A DNA stretch of 64,000 nucleotides from Flectonema sp. DT1601 (Eukaryota): the NCBI GenBank assembly GCA_964019425.1, contig OZ025790.1, positions 868,001 through 932,000 of the forward strand, given 5' to 3'. A program made the translations under genes and the position numbers. The notes beneath the pieces are model-generated. The model had not been told where the DNA came from, did not search any database, and saw only the letters and a program-made list of their open reading frames with translations. This document shows, piece after piece, positions 37,284-46,756 of the stretch; positions within the stretch are counted from its first letter, which is position 1, and each line of letters begins with the position of its first letter.

Positions 37284-38017
37284 AATACTGAATGGTTAGT
37301 TAGTTAGCGAACACGACATACCAGTCGAGTACCAATTAGATAGAGACAACAGGGTGAAACGGTTCGAATATAACGGTAGGCGATCGCCTTAAACAGCGAA
37401 GAAAACAAAACAGAAATGTGACTGTTGGCAACAAATAAAATAAATTGAAATATTGGTTGTATAGTCGAAAAAAGGGCTAAAATACAAAGTTTCACCGGGC
37501 TGGATGCCGCAGGAAGAAAAAAGGAAATAAATTGTTGATTGAATAACAGAGAGAGTAACTGTGCTCTGGGGGAAAAAAAAAAGAATCGGCAAACTCCACA
37601 CTTTTAGCTTTGTTTTGTGCGCAACTGGTACAAAACCCTAATAAATGAATAGGTTAGTTACGTGTCACGATTCTCTTTCTACCGAACAACAGGTTTGTAG
37701 GTACAAAGGAAAATCTGACAGACAGAAGCACCCATCACAAAGAGAAGCTGAAGAGGAAGAAAATTCGAAGCTCGCAAAAAGCTTAGTAAGGAGTTTCCTA
37801 CATTATCTTAATATCGTAAAGATATATGTAGAGCAGTAAAATAAAATAAAGAAGAGTAAACCAATATCATTAAAAGACTCTCACAAGAAAGGTTACTCCT
37901 CACCAAACATCAAAATCAGAAGAGGGAACAATTTCGACTTCGTGAGTCGAGCAGAGCAACAAGGACGATTACAAAACCATTCAGATAAGCCTTACATTTG
38001 TTGATCGCAGGAACTCA

Positions 38018-39421
38018 CTACGCTGTGAGGTACGAATGTGTTCTAGAAAGGCGCCTATCAGTAAACTCTTCGTAAGTAGAAGGCTTGACTTCTGTTCCAA
38101 TTCGTCGTCTGCATTCCCAAGTAATAAAAGCAACACAACACACCGCTAAGATAAAACTGACGATACAAACCACCAATACTGTTTTGGAGAACTTTGCCTC
38201 ATGGACAACAGGGTACACTGGATCATTACCCTCTTCCCAAATTCCAGTTATTCCAAAAGGTAAAAGGTCTGATTCCTGCAGTGCCATCCCTTTTATCATC
38301 AGTAGTTCTATGTCCCTAGAACCTTCAGTGTACGATCCTGGTGAAATCGTGAAGTAGTACAACACGCTGTTATCTGCATTATATCCATTTTGAGTAACTT
38401 CCCTCGTAATGTTCAGTATTAATATTCTCAACGCAGGGACTTCTAAGAGAATAGATATTCGCTTTTCAAATGTGTAATCTCTGTGGGTTGCTGGTTCGAC
38501 TCTGGCTATGATTGTTTTTTGACGATTGACGGCGAGGAAGTGTCTGACAACAACAATTGAATCACTCCATGGAGGAGGACCTATTACAGTGAATGATGTT
38601 GTGTAGTTTCCTGGATTTTCAAAAATGATTCCGGTCGATGAGTCGTACTTAGAAATCACATGAAGTCCTGTTGTTACCTCCGTCGTCGTAACTAATACCT
38701 TCACGAATGGACAATTTATTTCGTTCAACGTAAGAAACACTACTCCAGTTACAAAAAATGCAAAGCTCTGTGGGACCTTTGGAGGACTACATTGACGTAC
38801 AACAATATATTCTTTCTTAACAAATAAAACAGGATTTTGATGTGACAACAACACAGATGATACCAAGTAACGACTTTCTTCTACTGGAATACTAAACGGG
38901 GTATTGTAAGTTAGGTAATTCGATAATAAAAGATTATGTTGGGAATTACAAGGTACATCATTTTCTGACATGTTGCAAACTTGATAAACAAGTAAATCCC
39001 CCGACTGTAAATCCCGTGTGGGTATCAGTGATATTAACTCACCCGACAGAATTACAGCCCGTTCCGGAACTACTTCTATCAGATTCGGCAACGGAGGAAC
39101 AGTAATTAGAATCTCTCCCACATCACTTCGCTCTCCATCAGCATCCAAGACAGTATATTTCAAAGTCATATCATCAAAAATACTTAAACTCGATCTGTAA
39201 ACAAACGTTGAATTACCAACACTACTAACATCAGGTGTACTTCCATCAGTCGTGTAATACAACGTGCTGTTGGTATTATTAATATTGGTTGGCGACAAGG
39301 TGATAATTATCAGGCCGGGGGATTCTTTAATCGAAAACACGACATCCTCAGTGTTTGTTCCAATAACAGGCCCCAACAGAAATGTTACAAATAACAATAA
39401 TACAGAAACTAGACAAGACAT
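38018..39421 (-). CDS. Type I membrane protein with Fn3-associated/CHB_HEX_C-like domain
   Basis: Signal peptide, LYYTTDGSTP motif, C-terminal transmembrane helix. Confidence 0.8.
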   Translation of the reverse strand: MSCLVSVLLLFVTFLLGPVIGTNTEDVVFSIKESPGLIIITLSPTNINNTNSTLYYTTDGSTPDVSSVGNSTFVYRSSLSIFDDMTLKYTVLDADGERSDVGEILITVPPLPNLIEVVPERAVILSGELISLIPTRDLQSGDLLVYQVCNMSENDVPCNSQHNLLLSNYLTYNTPFSIPVEESRYLVSSVLLSHQNPVLFVKKEYIVVRQCSPPKVPQSFAFFVTGVVFLTLNEINCPFVKVLVTTTEVTTGLHVISKYDSSTGIIFENPGNYTTSFTVIGPPPWSDSIVVVRHFLAVNRQKTIIARVEPATHRDYTFEKRISILLEVPALRILILNITREVTQNGYNADNSVLYYFTISPGSYTEGSRDIELLMIKGMALQESDLLPFGITGIWEEGNDPVYPVVHEAKFSKTVLVVCIVSFILAVCCVAFITWECRRRIGTEVKPSTYEEFTDRRLSRTHSYLTA

Positions 39422-39895
39422 GTGCAATTGTTTCTTATTTTTTCCTTAGCTAATCATGTTTTTAATGTGGTGGGGGAATCTGGAAAAAAGAACATTAAAA
39501 AAAAAAAATTGGAAAACATGTTATCACCGTAATTACAGTCTGCCGTGTGCTGCCAGTGTTTCACCCTCAACATATTTTGAGATTATCGGTCGGCACTGAA
39601 TTATGAAACAAAGGAGAAAAAGAGAATAAAAAAAAATAAAAAAAAAATAAAAACGCACAAACTCCTCAAGGATCCAGTATGATGAAACTGATGACTGATT
39701 ACCGAAAGTGATAGCACTGGCACTAAGCTTGAAGGCCATAAAATGGGCAAGTGAAAGGCGGGATATTTTTTAAACCAAAACTGAAAATATTTTTATTTCT
39801 ACCACGCTCAACTGATTTGAATGAATAAACGTGAATATCTAAGAGGGGCTTTCCTCATAATTGTTTGACGTGAGGTAGATATGCTGGAGGAATGA

Positions 39896-41374
39896 CTATG
39901 CAGACTCTGTTTTCCAAGTCCTTTTCTTCCTGCCTAACCTGACATTTACTGTCCCTCCACCATTGATATGCGAATCTGCCTGAACACGTTGTTTTCGTTG
40001 CCATTTTCTAGCCTTAGTCCTACTGTCAAGCTTTTTTTGCTTCTTTTTTGGTGGATTTAATCCCTGGGTTAACCTGGCAGCAGCAGGACCTAAATTCGAG
40101 GGATGGGCATCAGCAGGTGATGTCACCTCCGATACCAAGTAGCGTATAATGTTTTTGATACCAGAAAGAATAATTTTCCATTGGCGGTCTCCTATATTCC
40201 TAGTCACATCGTGTGAAGGTATAGTCGGGTTAATAATTCCAAATCCCATGTTCTTTACCGGCCTTGCAACAGACATGTCTTGTACTGATACATGTCGAAT
40301 ATCGAAATACCTCGTTCCAGAACTTGTTATGTGTTCTGCCAACCATTTTAGGTATCCCATTATAATTTCACCGGTACTTCCGTCGCATTTTTTAGATTTT
40401 TTTGACGTTTTGACGGGTTCGAACTGGACGTTATTAACGAGGTTTTCAGCATCCTCAGGAATCGACCACTTCACCCTGTGGAGGGATGACTCGTGTTGCA
40501 GGTACGAGATGAAGCTAATGTTGATTGAAAATGATGAGAGGAGAGCACATTTGCTATTCTTTATACCAGAGATGTTAAATAATTTATGAAGGAAGAATAA
40601 ACACGGAGCTATTCTAGAATCGTTGTCGACGAAATGCTTTACAATCTGAGCATTCCACAAACCTTCTGGTCGGTTGCAGGAAATATCAAATTCAAACGTG
40701 CTTCGTTGATGATATCTCACACAAGCCAGTATAGGTACCGATGCGGATTTAATGAAGTGAACTTTTGCAATTTTTCTAATAACTCGTTGCAGTCTTCCTA
40801 AAAATTCCAGAGGGGAGTCTTCTTCAGGGTCGGATGTCAACAAGCAAACGTCAAGATCGCTTTCTGCCTCAGCTAGACCAGTGACTGAACTACCAAATAA
40901 AACTAATTTACAATCAGGAAATAGGTTTGTCGTCTGTGTTGATAAATCTGAAAAGAAGTTTTTACGAGTTTCTAAAACTTGTTCACCAGGCTTGCTGGCA
41001 TCGTAGTACATAACCACTGCTTGTGATAGATATGTTTGCATTCTGTCTTGATCTTCTTGATCGAATGACCCGGAAGAGTCGTAATCTGATTCTGAGGTGA
41101 TCAGTTCCTTCCTCTTTAACGTCGTTGATTGCTTTTTATTATCTCCGTCTGTATCTTTGTAGCACTGAAACAAGTCTTCCTTTTTCACAATCGGTTGCTT
41201 AGTCGGTGGTAGTCCATATATCGCTTCAATTATCTTCGCATTTTCTAAAAATGCCGATGCGTTATTCTTCAATGAGGCAGCATTACTAGTGTCACTTGGA
41301 GACTGTTTCGGTATTGAGAATAATTCTTCGTCGGCGACCTTGTCCTCTTTCAAACGCTTCTTCCTACCACCCAT
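39896..41374 (-). CDS. Non-canonical poly(A) polymerase / terminal uridylyltransferase (Cid1/TRF family)
   Basis: LFGSSVTG...SDLDVCL, ASVPIL, FDISCN, LSSF, IINP...DVTRN. Confidence 0.88.
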   Translation of the reverse strand: MGGRKKRLKEDKVADEELFSIPKQSPSDTSNAASLKNNASAFLENAKIIEAIYGLPPTKQPIVKKEDLFQCYKDTDGDNKKQSTTLKRKELITSESDYDSSGSFDQEDQDRMQTYLSQAVVMYYDASKPGEQVLETRKNFFSDLSTQTTNLFPDCKLVLFGSSVTGLAEAESDLDVCLLTSDPEEDSPLEFLGRLQRVIRKIAKVHFIKSASVPILACVRYHQRSTFEFDISCNRPEGLWNAQIVKHFVDNDSRIAPCLFFLHKLFNISGIKNSKCALLSSFSINISFISYLQHESSLHRVKWSIPEDAENLVNNVQFEPVKTSKKSKKCDGSTGEIIMGYLKWLAEHITSSGTRYFDIRHVSVQDMSVARPVKNMGFGIINPTIPSHDVTRNIGDRQWKIILSGIKNIIRYLVSEVTSPADAHPSNLGPAAARLTQGLNPPKKKQKKLDSRTKARKWQRKQRVQADSHINGGGTVNVRLGRKKRTWKTESA

Positions 41375-41586
41375 ATGATTAGTGCTGTGAAATTATTATT
41401 ATTATTTTTTTGTGAAATTGAAAGCAGCCACTAATTGAATACACAAAAACACCTCATCAGAGATATAGAACAGTCTCTCCGTTTTCTCCCGCTGTTGAAG
41501 AAAATAGATTTAAAAAAAAAGAAGTCATAATACAACACTGTAATGTCTAGTACAAGTATTCTACGCAAGCAGAATGAAGAGTGAAA

Positions 41587-42471
41587 TCAGTAAATCCCAC
41601 AATAAACCTCAGCATGGTCCGCTATCCACATTGCAAGTTTAATATTCGCTAACGGAGGTGCCGACGGATGAAGAAGCAGCTTTCTTCTCTCTGGAAGGAA
41701 ATAAACCGTGATAAGAGCTCGATATCTATCAGAGATTGATTTTAATGCGAGCAAATCACCGGGTCTGGTACCAGCAAGACTAGATAAATAAGTATCCAAT
41801 GGTATATTTAAATACTGAGAATACGCTTCAGGATTCGATTTAATATGGCGGACGACTTGTTCTCTAAGAGACATGTGATGTAATTCATTTCCTAACAATA
41901 GAAGGGATGCGGTTCTGAATAAGCTATGTTCATCATGAGTAACAGAACGAAAACTCAAATCAGGATGACGTCCTTCTTCAGGTGGTTCAAATTGACTATA
42001 AATTATTGGACGAATACCCGGCGGGACAGGAATGTCTGGTTCGTAATATTGAAGAAGCGGCCGAGTACCACTCGTACGAGGATCAAGACTTGACATTAGT
42101 CTATTCGTTGTTTCTTTCAAAGATGAAGTCACACTTCCATAAAGATCAACCGACCGTCTCAAATCTTCAGCTGCCTCCTGTTTATCAGCTGAACCATCAG
42201 CCGCCTGTTTTAATAATCTATTGTTATCTTTCAAGGTCGATACTTCATTTGATAACGCCAACACGGTTTGTTGTTGTAGTTGTAGTTCAACTCTCAGCTT
42301 ACTGTTCTCTCTTTCTAACAGTTTTAGGTGATGTGGATAATCTGCTGCTGTCCATTTCTGAGCCTGAACTCTAGATATTTCATCGTGAAGGGCAGCTTCC
42401 ATTTGGTTTTTTTCTTCTCTCAATTTGCTGAGACTTTCTTCAAAAGCCTGTTGGGCATCGTTTTCTGACAT
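41587..42471 (-). CDS. Coiled coil plus OTU-like domain lacking the catalytic Cys
   Basis: VTHDEHSLFRTAS...HMSLREQVVRHI..NPEAY. Confidence 0.75.
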   Translation of the reverse strand: MSENDAQQAFEESLSKLREEKNQMEAALHDEISRVQAQKWTAADYPHHLKLLERENSKLRVELQLQQQTVLALSNEVSTLKDNNRLLKQAADGSADKQEAAEDLRRSVDLYGSVTSSLKETTNRLMSSLDPRTSGTRPLLQYYEPDIPVPPGIRPIIYSQFEPPEEGRHPDLSFRSVTHDEHSLFRTASLLLLGNELHHMSLREQVVRHIKSNPEAYSQYLNIPLDTYLSSLAGTRPGDLLALKSISDRYRALITVYFLPERRKLLLHPSAPPLANIKLAMWIADHAEVYCGIY

Positions 42472-42765
42472 ATTTTCTAAAAAAAATGCTAATCACCCAA
42501 TTCTAATGAAAAAAAAAAAAGAATATAATTAAGAAATAAGAAGACGAGTTTTTTTTTTTTTTTTTTGAGTAAAAAACAAACCACACACACGGGTATACAC
42601 AATTACAATACTTTTTCTGATTCCAAATTTTCAACTAAGGTGAATAGCAACAACCCATATATTTTAAAATCGCTTTTTTTATATTCTTCAATAGATCAGT
42701 TGAATATCGCAAAAGGCACTTTAAGATATAAGAAAAAGAGGTGTAAGTGATAAAATAATGGTACC

Positions 42766-44949
42766 CTACTTCAAGGTTAACACTAGTTCTCTGTAGTGGA
42801 TGTGCTGTCGGAAATGTTGGACAGTTTTTACCGATACGCCATTCACATAAAGAATAGTTCTATTGTGAAGATGATATAATTCAGGTGGAGAGGAGGTGAC
42901 TTTTAGACATGACGGTGACTTGAAAGAGAGTGAGAGAAGTGTTTTCAATGGTTTTGTAACAATTAAAGTATGACATAATATTATTGTATTGGGACTATGC
43001 ATCCAATCTGACAAATATCGATGATCCGACGAACATCTCCACGATATGTCAGAATCATACGGATCTTGACTTGGTAGTGATTCAAAGTTTCTTTTGGATC
43101 TCATTTCACAAACATTATCAACTGGATTACCTTCATACAAGATCCACCATCCAGATGCATTAGATAGAACGTAGTCGTCATTCTTCCATGTTCCTTTTTT
43201 TTTTGATCTCCGAAGAACTATTCCGTCTATCTGAGTTCTGTCAGTACTTCTTATTATAATCTTCTTAACAATACAAGAGATGCCTTCGTGTAGCTCATGC
43301 TGTTTAAATTCATCAATCGATCTGTATCTACCAACACCGTGTGTTCCATTGATAGTCACATTTAACGGAAGACTTTTTAAAACTTTCTTCCAACAACTGC
43401 GAGCATCTTGCATTGGTATTCCTTCTATGTGAGTAACAAGACTGTTGGTATTGAGGCAGAGAAGTTGTTGTTCAGAGTGAACGGTTTCTATCACATTTCT
43501 AAGCTGCCATTGGGGTATTGAATCCCAAGAAGTCTTATCAGACAGGATTACGTTGTATAGCTTTTTTCGACGGGAGAATCTGATGATCGAGGCTGACTCC
43601 CAACCAGTAGTAGTGTCTACTTCAACATCACTCCCGGGGTTAAATATTTGATGGTTGTCAACTAACGATTCTTCGATTTCCGTTATGACATCTGACGACA
43701 TTATTTCGTAGGACAACAATTGTTTTTGAAAATCGTATTTTAAAGACTTCACTGTCCCGCATACCCAACGAGCTGTATCACAATATTCGTTGTAGAAATC
43801 GACTATTTCACCACAAGAAAACTTACCTTTCGGAGGTGGTTTGTGCTCTCGCAAATAATCTTCTTTAATTGTAACTAAATCACTAGCCTCTTTGGAGATG
43901 TTGTAGAAATAAGTTTCAGCTGTGCTTGATATATCCTTTATCGTACCCGTAATCCAATTACCTGAATCTGATAAAGTGAAATCGATAGTGTCATTCACAG
44001 AATACTTTGGAAGGTCTTGCGGTACCCCCCTGATATTATCCTTATTGATGCTCTCCCATATTACATCTCCGACGCGGACCGAAAAAATTGGTTCGTTAAT
44101 TTCAAAGATTACAGCCTCAGTCCAATGTGAACCAGTGCGAATTTCGACTCTCTGTCCCGTCGAGAATTCTTCTTCAGATGACATAATACTGTTCTCGGTT
44201 ACAATGCTGGTTTCACCAACAATACTTACTGGAGATCCTTCAATATCGGTGTTTGTTATATTGTTTTCCAACTTCGTAATACGATAGTGATTAAGCAAAC
44301 CTCCGCAACCTTCATTCTTATAAATTGACAACAGAGGGAGATACTCTCCCATTAAATTCTTAAAACTCATCGAAGGGTTCAAAACTTTTAGAGAAAACGG
44401 ATCCGACTCCAGAAGAGTTAAAAGACTTGCTTCAGGAATCACTGATATTTTAGTATTCACCACCGACACTAAAACAGATTCAGGAATATTATGCGAGAGA
44501 GAGTACAGATTTGCGATATACTTCATTGATCCAAGAATGATGTTTGCAGAATGAGTGTCGACGGGTGCCCCGATACCTATTTCCGGGAATACAATGGACT
44601 CGGAATCCCATAACACGGTAGTTACAGTTCCATCTGTTAAGTTGTAGTCAGTATTTAGTCTTCCATCGCTGATGTGAATGCCAGGAATATCTAATGTTGT
44701 TAACTGACTTTCTTCAATTTTTAACATTTTCTTGGTGTACGGTTCGATTCTCTCAGTCGCAATTTTTTTAGTCGATTTGGATTCTCCTTTTTCCCGCATC
44801 AGATGTTTTTTTATTTTCTTCCAACACTTCTTTTTATCACTGGATTGGTATGCGAGTATCGCATGTTCCATTGTCGCGAGAGACGCAAGTTCTTCATCGG
44901 AATCAGTAGCGTCCACCTCTGAGAGAAGCTTAGCTATCGGAGGCAGCAT
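42766..44949 (-). CDS. Protein with about 4 Tudor/Agenet-like repeats
   Basis: Repeats such as FSTGQRVEI...WTEAVI, YSVNDTIDF...WITGTI, FSCGEIVDF...WVCGTV, FNPGSDVEV...WESASI. Confidence 0.75.
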   Translation of the reverse strand: MLPPIAKLLSEVDATDSDEELASLATMEHAILAYQSSDKKKCWKKIKKHLMREKGESKSTKKIATERIEPYTKKMLKIEESQLTTLDIPGIHISDGRLNTDYNLTDGTVTTVLWDSESIVFPEIGIGAPVDTHSANIILGSMKYIANLYSLSHNIPESVLVSVVNTKISVIPEASLLTLLESDPFSLKVLNPSMSFKNLMGEYLPLLSIYKNEGCGGLLNHYRITKLENNITNTDIEGSPVSIVGETSIVTENSIMSSEEEFSTGQRVEIRTGSHWTEAVIFEINEPIFSVRVGDVIWESINKDNIRGVPQDLPKYSVNDTIDFTLSDSGNWITGTIKDISSTAETYFYNISKEASDLVTIKEDYLREHKPPPKGKFSCGEIVDFYNEYCDTARWVCGTVKSLKYDFQKQLLSYEIMSSDVITEIEESLVDNHQIFNPGSDVEVDTTTGWESASIIRFSRRKKLYNVILSDKTSWDSIPQWQLRNVIETVHSEQQLLCLNTNSLVTHIEGIPMQDARSCWKKVLKSLPLNVTINGTHGVGRYRSIDEFKQHELHEGISCIVKKIIIRSTDRTQIDGIVLRRSKKKGTWKNDDYVLSNASGWWILYEGNPVDNVCEMRSKRNFESLPSQDPYDSDISWRCSSDHRYLSDWMHSPNTIILCHTLIVTKPLKTLLSLSFKSPSCLKVTSSPPELYHLHNRTILYVNGVSVKTVQHFRQHIHYRELVLTLK

Positions 44950-45423
44950 ACTACCAATCACCTGATAAAAAAACTAATTCATCCACAACTACTTTAACAT
45001 TACTACATTGTCAAAACAAAAGCGTCTGCTGGATGTCAGACAGTACCGCTAACCGCAATAGGTTAAAAATCTCTCCTTAAAAAAGAGAAAAATATACGGT
45101 TGGCGAAAAACGCTGTGTGTATCAAAAAAGGACAGAGTAACAGAAAAAGATTCTCTATTAATCCTCTTGAGGAGAGATAATAAGAACGACATAAAGCTGT
45201 TCTACGACGTATTTTCATGAATAATCTTTTTGCAAATGGCATTCCTTTTTCGATAAAGAAACACATCAGCTGGTCGAAGACCGTCAACAGAGGTAAGAAC
45301 GTTGACTGGTTCACTCCAAGCAAAAGAAAAAAAAAAAAAAAACAGGTGACACCAGTCACAAATACAGGTTACTAATACGTAAATTAAATTAGGCATTCTG
45401 AAAATGTATTGTTTAACTAAGCA

Positions 45424-45670
45424 CCGTCAACATATTGTAGTCCGGTTGGCTATTCGTGAGATCATTATTTTCTACTAAATAACTACACCAGGTGTTACCT
45501 AATAATGTTTGCCATCTATGTTATTTTTTAGCCAATCATCTGATAAAATTAAATTAATTCATCCACAACTACTTTAACATTATCAGACTATCAAAACACA
45601 TATTAAATCACTCCGCATTGTTTCAGAATGATGAAACGACTTTTTCACGCTTTTGCTGGGCAACACAAAA
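45424..45670 (-). pseudogene. Relic third sulfatase repeat unit retaining only the start codon region and upstream DNA
   Basis: Matches 48290-48584 (GTCAACATATTGTAGTCCGGTTGGCTATT...) but the CDS body is missing. Confidence 0.7.
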
Positions 45671-45736
45671 AAGAAACCACAACAGAAAAATAGCACAGAA
45701 GAAAAAAAAAAATTTTTTTTTTAAATAAAGTTAGTT

Positions 45737-45971
45737 TTATCATTAAATTTGGTATAGAAAAGTTAGATTAAAAAGTAGACATCAGTAAAAGAAAAGTATT
45801 CATTTCTGCAGTTTCCTAACATCAAAGGGTAATAGAATATGTAGTTTCAGGAGCCTTAATCTTATACTACTCGTCCCTTTTTTAGGCCTTCATCAGTAAG
45901 TTCTAAGGACTTCTATATTGAAGTCACATAGAAGTTAATGATTAGACATTAAGGTATATTTACATTAAGGA
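45737..45971 (-). mobile_element. Family A copy 3, hammerhead-bearing
   Basis: Near-TSD AAATAAAGTTWGTT at 45723-45736 and 45972-45985. Absent from the paralogous spacer near 48651-48664. Confidence 0.8.
45841..45910 (-). ncRNA. Putative permuted hammerhead ribozyme, family A, canonical core
   Basis: Minus strand GUCCUUAGAA-CUUA-CUGAUGA-AGG-CCUAAAAAAGGGACGA-GUAG-UA-UAAG-AUUAAGGCU-CCU-GAAA-CUAC. Confidence 0.65.
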
Positions 45972-46756
45972 AAATAAAGTTTGTTAGTTAGCAAAATACA
46001 AACTGATGTAAGAGGAGTCTGGGTAGCCCGCATCAGTAAAGACCCAATCGCGAAGATTGTAGTTTCATAGTATCGACAGTTTAAGGTCATAACTGCGATA
46101 GACCTATATAAACGTTGGCAAAAATTAACAGAAAAAAAAAAAAATTCAACGAAGCTACGCTGTACGTATCAAAAAAGGAGAGAGCAATAGCAAAAATTCC
46201 TTATTAATCTTCTTGAGGAGAGAGAATATAAGAACGACATACAGCTGCTCCACGACGCATTTTTCGTTGATCGATTACAAAACACAATCATTTTTTTGAG
46301 AACTACTTATCTGGTCACAACACTCTAAGAATGAATATATTAGGAAATCGAAGAACGCCAATCAAGGAAAACAGACGGGAGCAATACAGTATCAAGAGAG
46401 AGAGAGAGAGAGAGGAAAACGTTGACTTCTTACGCAGGTGGGAGTGAAAGGAAGGCTAACTATGTTCTCTTATTTTCCATAAGTATGCTGGCTTCGCAAA
46501 ACAGAAACTCAACTCCTGTTAACAGAGGCTGAGATGCCTGTATTGTATTAGAAGTTAGCTAAGAGAAATAATTAGTAATTTATGAGACGGTGAGTTTACG
46601 AAGGGGGTCAAGGTTCTTAACCCAGATAATCAAAAAAAAGAATCTTCTACTATTTTTTCTTTTCTTTTCTTTTTTTGGTTGTTAACCTCTAAGTAAGTTG
46701 GGCTAATTACAATAGGGTTTTATAAACTAAAAGAAAAAAAAGTGAACTGAAAACTC

